IMG/VR virus record: IMGVR_UViG_3300000052_000003
DNA from: a virus
DNA length: 64,000 nt
Direction: 5' to 3' (one strand)
Shown here piece by piece: positions 8,350 to 17,268 of the stretch. The notes beneath the pieces are model-generated. The model was not told the DNA's origin and did no database searches. It saw only the letters and a list, made by a program, of their open reading frames with translations. Made by a program: the position numbers and the translations under genes. Each line of letters opens with the position of its first letter. Position 1 is the first letter of the stretch.

Positions 8350-9044
8350 TATTTAAAAGTTTGTTTTATGCTTAATGCTATGTCTTGACCTAGTGCCTTC
8401 GATAAAGCTATTTGGAAATCTTCACCAAAAGCAAGATCGATATTATCCTCAAAGAATCCAGTTCTTGAAATACCTTTACGCTTTATGTTTCTTGCCGTTG
8501 CAATCGCTATGCCTCTAATCTTATCGCTCTCATTTCCGATTGCTCCTAGCGTCTTTCTTTTACGTTGTAAAGCGGTTAAGTTCTCTCGCTGGTCTTCATT
8601 CCTTATATAGCTTTTATGACGTAAATACCACTTAGTAATTGAGTTAATAAATCCGCTAGATAGTCGTAAATTCTTAAAGCTATAAGGACTACCAGTAGGC
8701 TCATGAAATCCGCTTGGAAGCTTACCCTTAAATCCTCCGATTCCCTTAACACCCTTGTCGTTGAAGTCGTAATACTCAGAGGCTGGATTGCTTTTGTCGT
8801 ATCCGATCGTAATCGAATAAGATCCGCCCTTCTTAGTTAATTGACTAACTACGATGTCGGATAAATTACCAGTATCAATCTTGCCTCGCTGAGTTAATCG
8901 CTTTTTAGCTAATTGGATAAATTTAAGCGCTGCCTGAGACATGATCGTCTCGACTGCATTAAGTTGCAAGTCTCCACCTTTGGCGATTCCGCCTGGATCG
9001 AAACTAGAACCTAAAGAAGCCTGAGCCTGGCTAATGCTTTCCAT
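8349..9044 (-). CDS. Putative neck/tail-completion protein (HK97 gp10-like)
   Basis: Basic protein with DTGNL, EYYDF.DKGVKG and IARNIKRKGI motifs. Confidence 0.55.
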   Translation of the reverse strand: MESISQAQASLGSSFDPGGIAKGGDLQLNAVETIMSQAALKFIQLAKKRLTQRGKIDTGNLSDIVVSQLTKKGGSYSITIGYDKSNPASEYYDFNDKGVKGIGGFKGKLPSGFHEPTGSPYSFKNLRLSSGFINSITKWYLRHKSYIRNEDQRENLTALQRKRKTLGAIGNESDKIRGIAIATARNIKRKGISRTGFFEDNIDLAFGEDFQIALSKALGQDIALSIKQTFK

Positions 9045-9312
9045 ACGCTTTTTTTATTTGTTCGCGATCGTGCGCGGTTTTACTCTTTAAATATGCCAGG
9101 TCATTAAGGGCCTGAATCGTAGTGAGATTATAAACCTCATCCAATTTTATTCTTTCGTGTTCAGCGATGAGCGTAGCTTGATAAATCCATCCGTAGCGTC
9201 GCATAAATCCTGAGCCATTTTCTCGGCCTCCTCTTCCGTCATCCCCGCCTTCATTGACTCCGTCTTGAAATAGCCCGCTAAATTCTTTATCGAGTCGCTG
9301 AATAATTGACAA
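9031..9312 (-). CDS. Tail assembly chaperone frameshift extension (gpT-like part of G-T)
   Basis: -1 frame ORF overlapping the 215-aa gene, beginning at a U9 slippery run (9311-9319). Confidence 0.7.
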   Translation of the reverse strand: MSIIQRLDKEFSGLFQDGVNEGGDDGRGGRENGSGFMRRYGWIYQATLIAEHERIKLDEVYNLTTIQALNDLAYLKSKTAHDREQIKKAYGKH

Positions 9313-9794
9313 AAAAAAACAATCGAACCGTATACTTGCTCGAATGGAGCTTCCAAAAGATCCTCAGCGTATTCCTCGTGCTTTGCAGAGTCATAAGATG
9401 CGACCTTCCATCCTCGCCAAGTGAGTTTCATAGGCATCACCATAGAGGCGCAGATTTTGTGAATGTTCAAACCTATATCGGTACCGAAAAATTTAGTCTC
9501 CAGGTATCTTGCATATGGTATATTTTTTACATCGTAAACGCACCGATATCTTCGCCCTGGAGTCTTTATGAAATCCACTGGCTTAGGTTGTGGGAGTGTG
9601 TTAGTAATAAACTTAATACCCTCTAGTTGTTTTTGTAGATCCTTTATTTTTAAAGAATCTATTTGGTTTTCTGTTTGGTTAGTCAGAATAGCCAAGGATT
9701 TCACGGCGATGTCAAGCTCTGTATATTCTTCTTTTTTTAGAAGCACATTTTGGAGCTGGATCCATTGCCAAACGGTTACATCTTTCCAAGTCAT
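9147..9794 (-). CDS. Tail assembly chaperone (gpG-like)
   Basis: Contains GTT TTT TTT TGT slippery site with an open -1 frame downstream. Confidence 0.65.
   Translation of the reverse strand: MTWKDVTVWQWIQLQNVLLKKEEYTELDIAVKSLAILTNQTENQIDSLKIKDLQKQLEGIKFITNTLPQPKPVDFIKTPGRRYRCVYDVKNIPYARYLETKFFGTDIGLNIHKICASMVMPMKLTWRGWKVASYDSAKHEEYAEDLLEAPFEQVYGSIVFFCQLFSDSIKNLAGYFKTESMKAGMTEEEAEKMAQDLCDATDGFIKLRSSLNTKE
9311..9319 (-). other. Programmed -1 frameshift slippery site (U9)
   Basis: A9 on the + strand; -1 frame continues for 93 codons. Confidence 0.7.
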
Positions 9795-9812
9795 ATTAAT
9801 TATAAATAGCTT

Positions 9813-10985
9813 TTAAACAAAATTGTATTTTCCAGTTCCAGCCTTAAAGTCTAGCTTTCTCCAGGCAAGCGCCAAAGCCATGACGCAGTCATCGTGAAAA
9901 CCGCTCGGTGCTGAGTACTTTACACCATTAGCAGAGTACTGGTACTCAAAGATTTCAAGCTCCTCCTGGATCATGCCTGGAGGGTAGTGAATTTTTTCTT
10001 GATGGATCGCCACCTGCAAGCCTAACATTAATTCCTGCTTCGACTGGCTTGTAAACTTAAAGCCCTCGATCGCTAATCCTTCGCGCTGGAGTTGCTCGAC
10101 TACCGGATCACCTACGCCAGTGCTATCGATCAACATCGGAGCCCTGGGAAGCGTTCTGATTTTATTTTGTGTGCTAGCCCAGTCACTTTGGAATCGATCA
10201 AAATAAGCGACGTTTCCGTTTGCATCCATTCCGATGATCACCGTCCAGTCGCTATACTTTGCAAGGTCAATTCCGTAAACCTTAACCGGCTCCGATGACA
10301 TAGCAGAAACACATTTGGAAAGAGCCTGAGATCCAAAAGGATTCGCGCTATTCTCTGCTGGGTTTGCCATGTATTCCTGCTCGAATACGACTTCAGGAAG
10401 TGCAAGTCTTGCGCTATCGATTTCATCGTCTGAGATATACGGATTATCATAAGAGCTAAACTTAAACGATTCCCACTCGCTGGATGGATCAATCCCTTTT
10501 AAGAATAAAGAATAAAAGAAGTTCTTCCCTTTCGGAGTTGATAAGAAGATCGCCTTCCCCTGGTAATCTGTAAGCGTTGGACGTATCGCATTATTCCAGC
10601 CATCTTCAAGATCAGGAATAAAGGAAGCCTCATCAATGATCACATAGTGAAACTTTAAACCGCGGAGATTATCCAGGCGTTCACCAGTGAAGAATCTGAT
10701 CGATCCTCCAGAGATTAACTTAAAGGTTAGATCCGATCGGTTTGGTATCGCTACGTTTGCCGGCATCAATAAGGCCAGCTCATCGAAGAACGCCTTAGCT
10801 AATAGATACGTCGGTGTGATGTAAGCTACGCGCTTTCCTTGCATGGATTCAAGGCAAGTGATTACCTGGCAGATTAAGGACTTACCCCATCGTCTGCCGG
10901 ACATTAACACCTTGAACCTTGCTTTTGAATTTAAGACCTTCGCTTGGTTAGTGTGTGGTCTAGGAAGTGTGATCTTCGTTTGCAA
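9813..10985 (-). CDS. terL: Terminase large subunit
   Basis: Walker A SGRRWGKS, Walker B VIIDEA, nuclease motifs GIDLAKYSD and HDDCVMALALA. Confidence 0.95.
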   Translation of the reverse strand: MQTKITLPRPHTNQAKVLNSKARFKVLMSGRRWGKSLICQVITCLESMQGKRVAYITPTYLLAKAFFDELALLMPANVAIPNRSDLTFKLISGGSIRFFTGERLDNLRGLKFHYVIIDEASFIPDLEDGWNNAIRPTLTDYQGKAIFLSTPKGKNFFYSLFLKGIDPSSEWESFKFSSYDNPYISDDEIDSARLALPEVVFEQEYMANPAENSANPFGSQALSKCVSAMSSEPVKVYGIDLAKYSDWTVIIGMDANGNVAYFDRFQSDWASTQNKIRTLPRAPMLIDSTGVGDPVVEQLQREGLAIEGFKFTSQSKQELMLGLQVAIHQEKIHYPPGMIQEELEIFEYQYSANGVKYSAPSGFHDDCVMALALAWRKLDFKAGTGKYNFV

Positions 10986-11424
10986 AGCTTATGATTACTT
11001 CTTGTTTCTCTTCGTTCTTAGCTCTATCCGTCCATCCTAAGAGATTCTTAGCGTAGAAAATACCCTTTCCTTCATTGGCCACAATATCAGCCGCTAGAGC
11101 TCGAAACATTTCATCGATCTCTTTGACTTCTTTGTGTAGTGGATGATCAGAATTGCCCAGTACATTATACCAATTCGATCGCTTGTAAAATTGAGCGCCT
11201 TGTCTTGGTAGCCAGATCAGTAAAAAGTAGCTGATCGTAGGCAAGTGACGCTCACGAATGATCCGAACACCGGCCCCGGTTGCTACTTCCTTCGTGGAAT
11301 CTAGGCAATAATCAATATATTTATTTGCCCACTCCAGGATCAGGTCAGCTTCTCTGATTTTTTCGACTGGCTTCTTGTTGCTTACTGGTTTTTTCTCTTT
11401 CATTTTTTGAATAATAAGGTCCAA
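10960..11424 (-). CDS. terS: Terminase small subunit (P22 gp3-like)
   Basis: Directly upstream of TerL; PTIS and C-terminal IFYAKNLLGWTD motifs. Confidence 0.75.
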   Translation of the reverse strand: MDLIIQKMKEKKPVSNKKPVEKIREADLILEWANKYIDYCLDSTKEVATGAGVRIIRERHLPTISYFLLIWLPRQGAQFYKRSNWYNVLGNSDHPLHKEVKEIDEMFRALAADIVANEGKGIFYAKNLLGWTDRAKNEEKQEVIISFANEDHTS

Positions 11425-11936
11425 TCAGTCGGTAAGGTTAAGCGCTTTTCTAAGTTATAACCATATTCTGCCATAAATTCGATCCACTGATCTGTCGATT
11501 TTATGTTAATATGCCCCCACCAGGCGTCAAATTCTTCAGTCGTAGTGTAAGGAGTCGAAGAAAGTAGTAGGTATTTAGCCTCAATACTCTCTAAATAGTC
11601 ATTAATCTGTTCGTCTGTTAGATGTTCAAACACCTCAATGCTCACAATTAGATCACATCGGTTTGGATAATTCTTAAGTCCGTGCAATAATTGCCCCCTC
11701 TTTTTAGCAAAAGCCCGATGATATCTATTAGGCTCGATCCCGTAATAGTTTATTTTTAACTTAGACAAGCATTCTCCCAAGGTTCCCATTCCTGCCCCGA
11801 TCTCGATAACGCTCTTAGGATCGTATTGTTCGATGATGTTGGCAGTTTCCATCATTAAGTTCCAATAATCCGGATTATGTGGGGAAACTCCGATTTTAAT
11901 CTCGTAATCAAAAAACTCTTTAGGCGTTGCTTGCAT
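11400..11936 (-). CDS. Class I SAM-dependent methyltransferase
   Basis: VIEIGAGMG motif I, YGIEP, SIEVFEHL. Confidence 0.85.
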   Translation of the reverse strand: MQATPKEFFDYEIKIGVSPHNPDYWNLMMETANIIEQYDPKSVIEIGAGMGTLGECLSKLKINYYGIEPNRYHRAFAKKRGQLLHGLKNYPNRCDLIVSIEVFEHLTDEQINDYLESIEAKYLLLSSTPYTTTEEFDAWWGHINIKSTDQWIEFMAEYGYNLEKRLTLPTDWTLLFKK

Positions 11937-12351
11937 TATCTATCTGGTCTAATTTTCTAATCGCCCATTCTATCCCCTCGGTGCCTCCCCAGGCGTCCCA
12001 CATCAAGCCTCCACACCCTTCGCCATAAGCGACGTCTTTATTTTGTTGATGTCTTTTAAAGCTCGCCATTCTTGCGATCGTGTCTCTCGAAATGTCTTCT
12101 TTGTTTGCCAGCTGGTTAGCACGAATTTTTCCTACTGGAGTACCACATGATCCCCAGCCATTTTTCTCAGCATAATCAAGCGCTCGCTTAGCGTTATTAG
12201 TCGCAGCCTCTGGATAGTCATTGTAAGATTCAGCAAAAGCACCACCGGCTAGAATTGCCTGGTAGACTTCGATTGCCTTCTCCTCGGTATCGTAGATGCA
12301 AGCACCCGATCCGATTCTGTATTTTCCATTATTGCATTTAATGACTGGCAT
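11920..12351 (-). CDS. Conserved-looking phage protein of unknown function (143 aa)
   Basis: DYPEAATNNAKRAL...CGTPVG...GCGGLMWDAWGG; coupled to neighbouring genes. Confidence 0.7.
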   Translation of the reverse strand: MPVIKCNNGKYRIGSGACIYDTEEKAIEVYQAILAGGAFAESYNDYPEAATNNAKRALDYAEKNGWGSCGTPVGKIRANQLANKEDISRDTIARMASFKRHQQNKDVAYGEGCGGLMWDAWGGTEGIEWAIRKLDQIDNASNA

Positions 12352-12355
12352 AATT

Positions 12356-13378
12356 TTACTCGATTAGTTTGGAGTAAGTAGCAAATCGGGCCTCGTTAAT
12401 TTTAAAGATGTCGTAATGTTCGCGGACATATTCCCCATTTGCCTTACCATAGTCCTCTCGCATCTGCTTGCTAAATGCCATTCGTTTGATATCCCTCTCC
12501 CAGTTATCCACTTCGAAGATCGTTGGAATATCATCATAAGGAGCTCGCTTGTAGGTTAAGATCGGGATGTTTTTCGCTCCTGCCTCCAGGGCTTTAAGGT
12601 TTGACTTTAGACGGTTAAATTTATTATCTAGCAAAGGAACCAGAAGCATGTCAGCCTCCAGGTAGAAATTCATGTATAGATCCACCGGCATCGATTCAAG
12701 TATCTTGTATTCAAGCTTCTCGTTTGCCGTGTAGATATCGCCTATCTGCTTCCAGTGCCATTCGTTAAAATTATTCCATCCACATAAAAGCATTCTAGCG
12801 TTATCTCTAAATACCTTAGACTTCGCCAGCTCTGCAATAGGTTGCTTCAGTTGCTGGATGTCTGGATAGTGAGTGATCGATCCAGTGTGTGCGATTGTGA
12901 CTTTCTCATTTTCCTTTCTTACATCTGTGAACTGATCCTTATCGAATGGCAATGCGTTTGGCAGGATCTCGCAGTTTTTATTTATTTGGATTATTTCTAA
13001 ATAAAGTCTATTGTGAGTCGTTGTAACTAGGTCCGCGTGTTTGATGTAGTCACGAATAATCCTAGTGATCCCTAACTTGCGATAAGTGCCAGCGCTTAGG
13101 TGCTTATCAAATAGAATCCAATAGTCATCGATATCGATCACCAATTTAAATCCAAACTTCTGGCGCCACTCCAGGAGCTGAAGCAAAGGCACCGATTCCA
13201 GGAACCGATTTACCACTACGACGTTAAAGTTTTTATCCTTCAATAGCTCCTCTGTGATCGTGTCAGTTATCAGGCAGTATTCCTTCTCCATGATCGACAA
13301 AGGAAGCGCCAGTCTGTGATAGGTTACTCCGCTATTTTGACTTCCTACCGCGAGGATTCTTAGCTTGGATTTTGTCAT
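12356..13378 (-). CDS. GT-B (GT4-like) glycosyltransferase
   Basis: SGVTYHR, DIDD, and PLLDNKFNRLKSNLKALEAG donor-binding motif. Confidence 0.85.
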   Translation of the reverse strand: MTKSKLRILAVGSQNSGVTYHRLALPLSIMEKEYCLITDTITEELLKDKNFNVVVVNRFLESVPLLQLLEWRQKFGFKLVIDIDDYWILFDKHLSAGTYRKLGITRIIRDYIKHADLVTTTHNRLYLEIIQINKNCEILPNALPFDKDQFTDVRKENEKVTIAHTGSITHYPDIQQLKQPIAELAKSKVFRDNARMLLCGWNNFNEWHWKQIGDIYTANEKLEYKILESMPVDLYMNFYLEADMLLVPLLDNKFNRLKSNLKALEAGAKNIPILTYKRAPYDDIPTIFEVDNWERDIKRMAFSKQMREDYGKANGEYVREHYDIFKINEARFATYSKLIE

Positions 13379-13646
13379 TTGATTGGTTAGTTTGGTTAGT
13401 CTGGATCACTGCCTCCGCTTGCTTAGCTGATATAACATTCTCGTAGTGATGCTTTAGTCGTTTAAGCATGTCAAAAACGCATCCACCACACCAGGCGTTT
13501 AATACGAAGCTTGGATCCAGAGATCTCTTGTAGATTTCGTGATACTCATTAAGTACCGCGTGATCTAGATTTCTAGTGTAACCCAGAGCAACCGATTCAA
13601 AGTTGATGATATTGTCTTGGATAAATTTAATATCTTGATCTGTCAT
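13332..13646 (-). CDS. Hypothetical protein with CGGC motif
   Basis: AWCGGC; coupled ORF in operon. Confidence 0.6.
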   Translation of the reverse strand: MTDQDIKFIQDNIINFESVALGYTRNLDHAVLNEYHEIYKRSLDPSFVLNAWCGGCVFDMLKRLKHHYENVISAKQAEAVIQTNQTNQSNDKIQAKNPRGRKSK

Positions 13647-13882
13647 AGCTTTGTAAGTAATTTCATTAACAATCTTTCCACTATCGCAGCGATCACACCG
13701 GCGCCAAAAGATACCGCTAGGATCGTCGATAATAACTCAGGAGCAAACATCAATCCAAGCGCAACCCAGAACCCCAGGCAAGGCGCGCAGTTAAACGGTT
13801 TGAAATTTAACCCTAGGTCATAGGGCATATTGTTCATATTCCAGAACGTGACGAAAGAGACTGAGGCGATAAGTTGAATCAT
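13643..13882 (-). CDS. Small membrane protein with CxxC (KPFNCAPCLGFW)
   Basis: Hydrophobic helices flanking a CxxC motif. Confidence 0.65.
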   Translation of the reverse strand: MIQLIASVSFVTFWNMNNMPYDLGLNFKPFNCAPCLGFWVALGLMFAPELLSTILAVSFGAGVIAAIVERLLMKLLTKL

Positions 13883-13943
13883 TTGTTTATCATTTTTAGC
13901 AAATTTTGAAGAACAAAGTATTTTGTTGTTAAAATCTTGCAGT

Positions 13944-14135
13944 CTATTTTATTTCTATTTTATAAAGTGCTTCTTTAACTTCCAGGTAATAACACTTATC
14001 GTCCATCCTCTTGGACATATCGATGAACTTCTGGCACATATACAGAGCGCACTCTCGAGCCATTAGTTTGGAGCCAGTAAAGTAAAGGCAATTATTGAAC
14101 AGCTCTCGCGCTGTCTCATCTGGCTTCTTATTCAT
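13944..14135 (-). CDS. Small hypothetical protein (paralog of 18298-18498 and 18502-18693)
   Basis: Shared N-terminal ARELF-type helix and C-terminal Y[WY]xE[VL] motif. Confidence 0.65.
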   Translation of the reverse strand: MNKKPDETARELFNNCLYFTGSKLMARECALYMCQKFIDMSKRMDDKCYYLEVKEALYKIEIK

Positions 14136-14631
14136 CCTTGAGTTTATTCTTAATTAGCGAAATCGTCTTCACTATCGATGGATATGGGATCCGAGTCTTT
14201 CTGTGTAGCTCCATTTGATTAAAATTTGAAGCGACATATTGATCAAGCAAGGTGTTCTCATACCAGCAAAGATCTTTTCTTCTCTCGTCCAGTAGATCAA
14301 ATAGCTTTTCTTTCTCGTCTTTACGATCGTCGATCTGGTCCGCTATATTGTCGATCTCTTCGATTGACTCAAACTTAGCCCGAAAGTTTTTAAAGAAAGG
14401 CTGATTCATCCCAGTGCTTCGAATCATGTTTAGCATCGCGCGGACCAGGTAGAACTTCAAAGCGTTATTCTCGTGAAGGTTCCAGAACTTTTGATCTGAT
14501 AGGTTGCATAAGGAGATAAACATTTCCTGCCTAAGATCGTCGCGGAGGCTAGCCGGTTGCATCTTACGAAGCGCCTGGCTTATATCCTTGGAAAGATATA
14601 ACTCCTCGATTATCTGATTTCTGGTCTTCAC
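14128..14631 (-). CDS. Sigma70/ECF-like transcription factor
   Basis: Region-2-like LRDDLRQEMFISL...FYLVRAMLN and a C-terminal HTH-like segment. Confidence 0.65.
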   Translation of the reverse strand: MKTRNQIIEELYLSKDISQALRKMQPASLRDDLRQEMFISLCNLSDQKFWNLHENNALKFYLVRAMLNMIRSTGMNQPFFKNFRAKFESIEEIDNIADQIDDRKDEKEKLFDLLDERRKDLCWYENTLLDQYVASNFNQMELHRKTRIPYPSIVKTISLIKNKLKDE

Positions 14632-14894
14632 TATAAGTCCTCTGGTAAACTGGCGATGTAAGCTTCGACCTCCTTTACGATCTTCTTTGTATTTTCGATT
14701 TCGTACTTTAAGTATTCCATCGCTTTCTCTAAATCCTGGAGACGATCTTGTTTCTTGCCAGCTCTTAAGACGTACTTGACTACGTTACCTAGGGAGAACC
14801 CAAGCCCGAAAGCATCGATAACATCGATCGCCTGGAGTCCTCCCTTTCCTTGATAGTGATCAGGCTTGACCACTTGCTCAGCGTTACTATTCAT
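14631..14894 (-). CDS. DUF3310-like protein
   Basis: VVKPDHY...AIDVI...FSLGNVVKYVLRAGKK...DLEKA. Confidence 0.8.
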   Translation of the reverse strand: MNSNAEQVVKPDHYQGKGGLQAIDVIDAFGLGFSLGNVVKYVLRAGKKQDRLQDLEKAMEYLKYEIENTKKIVKEVEAYIASLPEDL

Positions 14895-14934
14895 TTTCTT
14901 TTCGTTTGGTTAGGCAAAGTTTAAAAAATGTTTT

Positions 14935-15279
14935 TTAAAACTCCAAATTTACACCGTAATTTTTTAGTAATATATTTAGCTGAGTATTAAGCCCTTCGCT
15001 CTTGGTCTCTGTCATTTCAGTCATCTCCAAGCCCAGGCGAAAGAATAAAAGCATAAGCTTGCCAGCATCCAGGTATTGATCAGTGACATCTCCGCTCGGA
15101 TCGCCTTTGTAGATCTCTTGCTCGATCTTTAGCAATTCATCCATGACGCTATTTGATTTCATCTTCAGCGCCTGGCGATTAAAAATGGACGGACGGAAGT
15201 CTGCCTCGATGTGATCGATCAGCGCATTGATCAGTCCGGCGTAGATAATGATCGTCTCTTTTTCTTTTAACTTTTTCAT
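14935..15279 (-). CDS. Hypothetical protein (114 aa)
   Basis: Operon ORF with CATCTAAA leader and ATGAAAAA start. Confidence 0.65.
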   Translation of the reverse strand: MKKLKEKETIIIYAGLINALIDHIEADFRPSIFNRQALKMKSNSVMDELLKIEQEIYKGDPSGDVTDQYLDAGKLMLLFFRLGLEMTEMTETKSEGLNTQLNILLKNYGVNLEF

Positions 15280-15506
15280 GGTTTTTTATTTAGATGGTCC
15301 TTTATTCTTTTGGTCCTCAGGAAGGCAGCCCTCCGCTCGGATCCGTGATTATTTAAAATTCTCAATAGATTGATTCTAAGCGAATGATTTACATCATTGA
15401 TATAAACACCAGGCAGAAGGATAGATCGCGTCTCTCGTGTCAATTCTGACTCGATCCAAGCGATGCACTGCTTGTAATTGTCTGGCAGATTTTTATTAGT
15501 GTCCAT
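15276..15506 (-). CDS. Hypothetical protein
   Basis: Coupled ORF; ATG at 15506 preferred over the longer track call. Confidence 0.55.
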   Translation of the reverse strand: MDTNKNLPDNYKQCIAWIESELTRETRSILLPGVYINDVNHSLRINLLRILNNHGSERRAAFLRTKRIKDHLNKKP

Positions 15507-15507
15507 T

Positions 15508-15846
15508 TTAAACCGGTTTAATCTCAAACTCAATCCTGGGATTTAGCTTATCGATGTGCTTTCTCATAACCAGGACCGAACACAGTCGATCGTTCTGGAT
15601 CATGCTAGTATTCTGCAAGCAGTCCAGGATTATCTTTGCCGCGTTGTCCAGGTCAGATCTGTTAGATTGGAAGTAGACATCGATCCAGATCTGGAAGGGA
15701 ACGCTGATTGTTTCGCCTCTGTGCTTTCTGATCTGCCACTCAAAACTTACTTCGTACTCTTTTAGATCTACCGTCTTATAAAGGCGATTTCCTCCGATCC
15801 GGTATCCGTTTGACTTGCTAGGCACCTGGCCCTTGATTATGATCAT
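15508..15846 (-). CDS. rusA: RusA-like Holliday junction resolvase
   Basis: PSKSN, SDLDNAAKIILDCL and NDR motifs. Confidence 0.85.
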   Translation of the reverse strand: MIIIKGQVPSKSNGYRIGGNRLYKTVDLKEYEVSFEWQIRKHRGETISVPFQIWIDVYFQSNRSDLDNAAKIILDCLQNTSMIQNDRLCSVLVMRKHIDKLNPRIEFEIKPV

Positions 15847-15849
15847 GAT

Positions 15850-17268
15850 CTAAAATTTAGCCTCCTCGAAGGTGTGATTTATTGTATTGATCGCGCTTTG
15901 CTTATCCGAACCCGTTCCAATTTGGAACGCTTTGAGTTCCTCGTAAGAATCCGCGATTCGATTGGTAGTAACATCGACGTATCGATCAATAGTGCAAGTC
16001 TCTCCGTCTCTATTTTTAAGTATCACATAATTAAGGATATTATCGTCCGGTCCTTTGGGGGTATTGTTAGCCCTGGCGTCAGTGTACTTGTAATAGTCAT
16101 CACGATATAAACCTATAACTGCAATCGCGTCCTGCTCGACATTCCCAGAGCTTCTAATATCTGATAACTGGGGCAGTCTTGATGATCGCCCCTCTATGCC
16201 CCTGGATAACTGAGACAAGGCGATTATCGGAATCTTTAGCTTCCTGGTTAGCTTCTGGATTTTATTTGATACGGATGAAACCTGGGCAAAGTCAGACTGA
16301 TCCTTGAGCTGATTGTCTCTGATCAGTTGAAGATAGTCAATAACTACCAGGTCAATTTTATTCCGTTTGGCCTCAGATGTCAGGATCATGGACAGATAAT
16401 TAATATCACGATTATCGGAGTCATAAAAGAAGATCGGTAAGGATTTTAAGATCGAAGCGTTTGAGTTGCGGATCTTAAGGATGTCATCTGGCTTCACTCG
16501 GTTAGCTTTTAGATCGCTATACTTGTAGTCAAAATTCTCGGAGCTTATAAGTCTATACATTAGCGACTCCTTTGGCATCTCAAGCGAAAGGAATAGAACT
16601 CTTTTGCCAGATTTTGCAGCGCTCTTAGCGTGTTGCAATCCAGCGATTGTCTTTCCCATACCTGGACGCCCAGCGATAACCGTCATTCCTTCCTGGAATC
16701 CTCCAAGAATATAATTTAGATCCCTTGATCCAGTGTCAATCCCTGAGAATTTTATCTTTCCAGCGTTTGCTTCTAGTCGATCAATCACTTGATCATAAAT
16801 AGTTGCGATATCAAACACCTCAGAGGAGGCTACCGACTTATCTAGGCTTTCAATCTCCTTATCTACGATCGTTTGTAAGTCAGAGACTTCCTTATTATCC
16901 AGGATTGCCGTCTGTAATTTGAAGGCAAGATCGTAAAATCTCCTCTTTCCTTCTGTCTCTTTTAGCTGATAGCACGATTCTTCTAGGTTGATCACACGAT
17001 CTGGCATCAATTTTAGGATCAATTCGGATGAATATCCCTTTTCTGATTCCTTTGATTTAAGCAATCTAAATACATCCGCTCTAGTGATTCTCTTATCTTC
17101 TAGAGATAACTCTTTAAATCCAAGGAATGACGCCTTAAATAAAGCGTCAGTAAAAGATTCTTCACTGACTAATTTATTAGCCTCGCTAAATAGGTGAGGA
17201 TAAGCTAGTAAGTGTGCAATGATGTCACGCTCTAGGTGAACATCGTTAAGATTTATTTTTACTGCCAT
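15850..17268 (-). CDS. dnaB: Replicative helicase
   Basis: GRPGMGKT, SLEM, IDYLQL, LSQLSR, DIRSSGNVEQDA, KNRDG. Confidence 0.95.
   Translation of the reverse strand: MAVKINLNDVHLERDIIAHLLAYPHLFSEANKLVSEESFTDALFKASFLGFKELSLEDKRITRADVFRLLKSKESEKGYSSELILKLMPDRVINLEESCYQLKETEGKRRFYDLAFKLQTAILDNKEVSDLQTIVDKEIESLDKSVASSEVFDIATIYDQVIDRLEANAGKIKFSGIDTGSRDLNYILGGFQEGMTVIAGRPGMGKTIAGLQHAKSAAKSGKRVLFLSLEMPKESLMYRLISSENFDYKYSDLKANRVKPDDILKIRNSNASILKSLPIFFYDSDNRDINYLSMILTSEAKRNKIDLVVIDYLQLIRDNQLKDQSDFAQVSSVSNKIQKLTRKLKIPIIALSQLSRGIEGRSSRLPQLSDIRSSGNVEQDAIAVIGLYRDDYYKYTDARANNTPKGPDDNILNYVILKNRDGETCTIDRYVDVTTNRIADSYEELKAFQIGTGSDKQSAINTINHTFEEAKF

Noticed and set aside
11400-11936. Methyltransferase as a GATC (Dam-like) DNA methylase explaining the GATC bias
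   Set aside because: Lacks the DPPY/NPPY catalytic motif; looks like a small-molecule/sugar methyltransferase.
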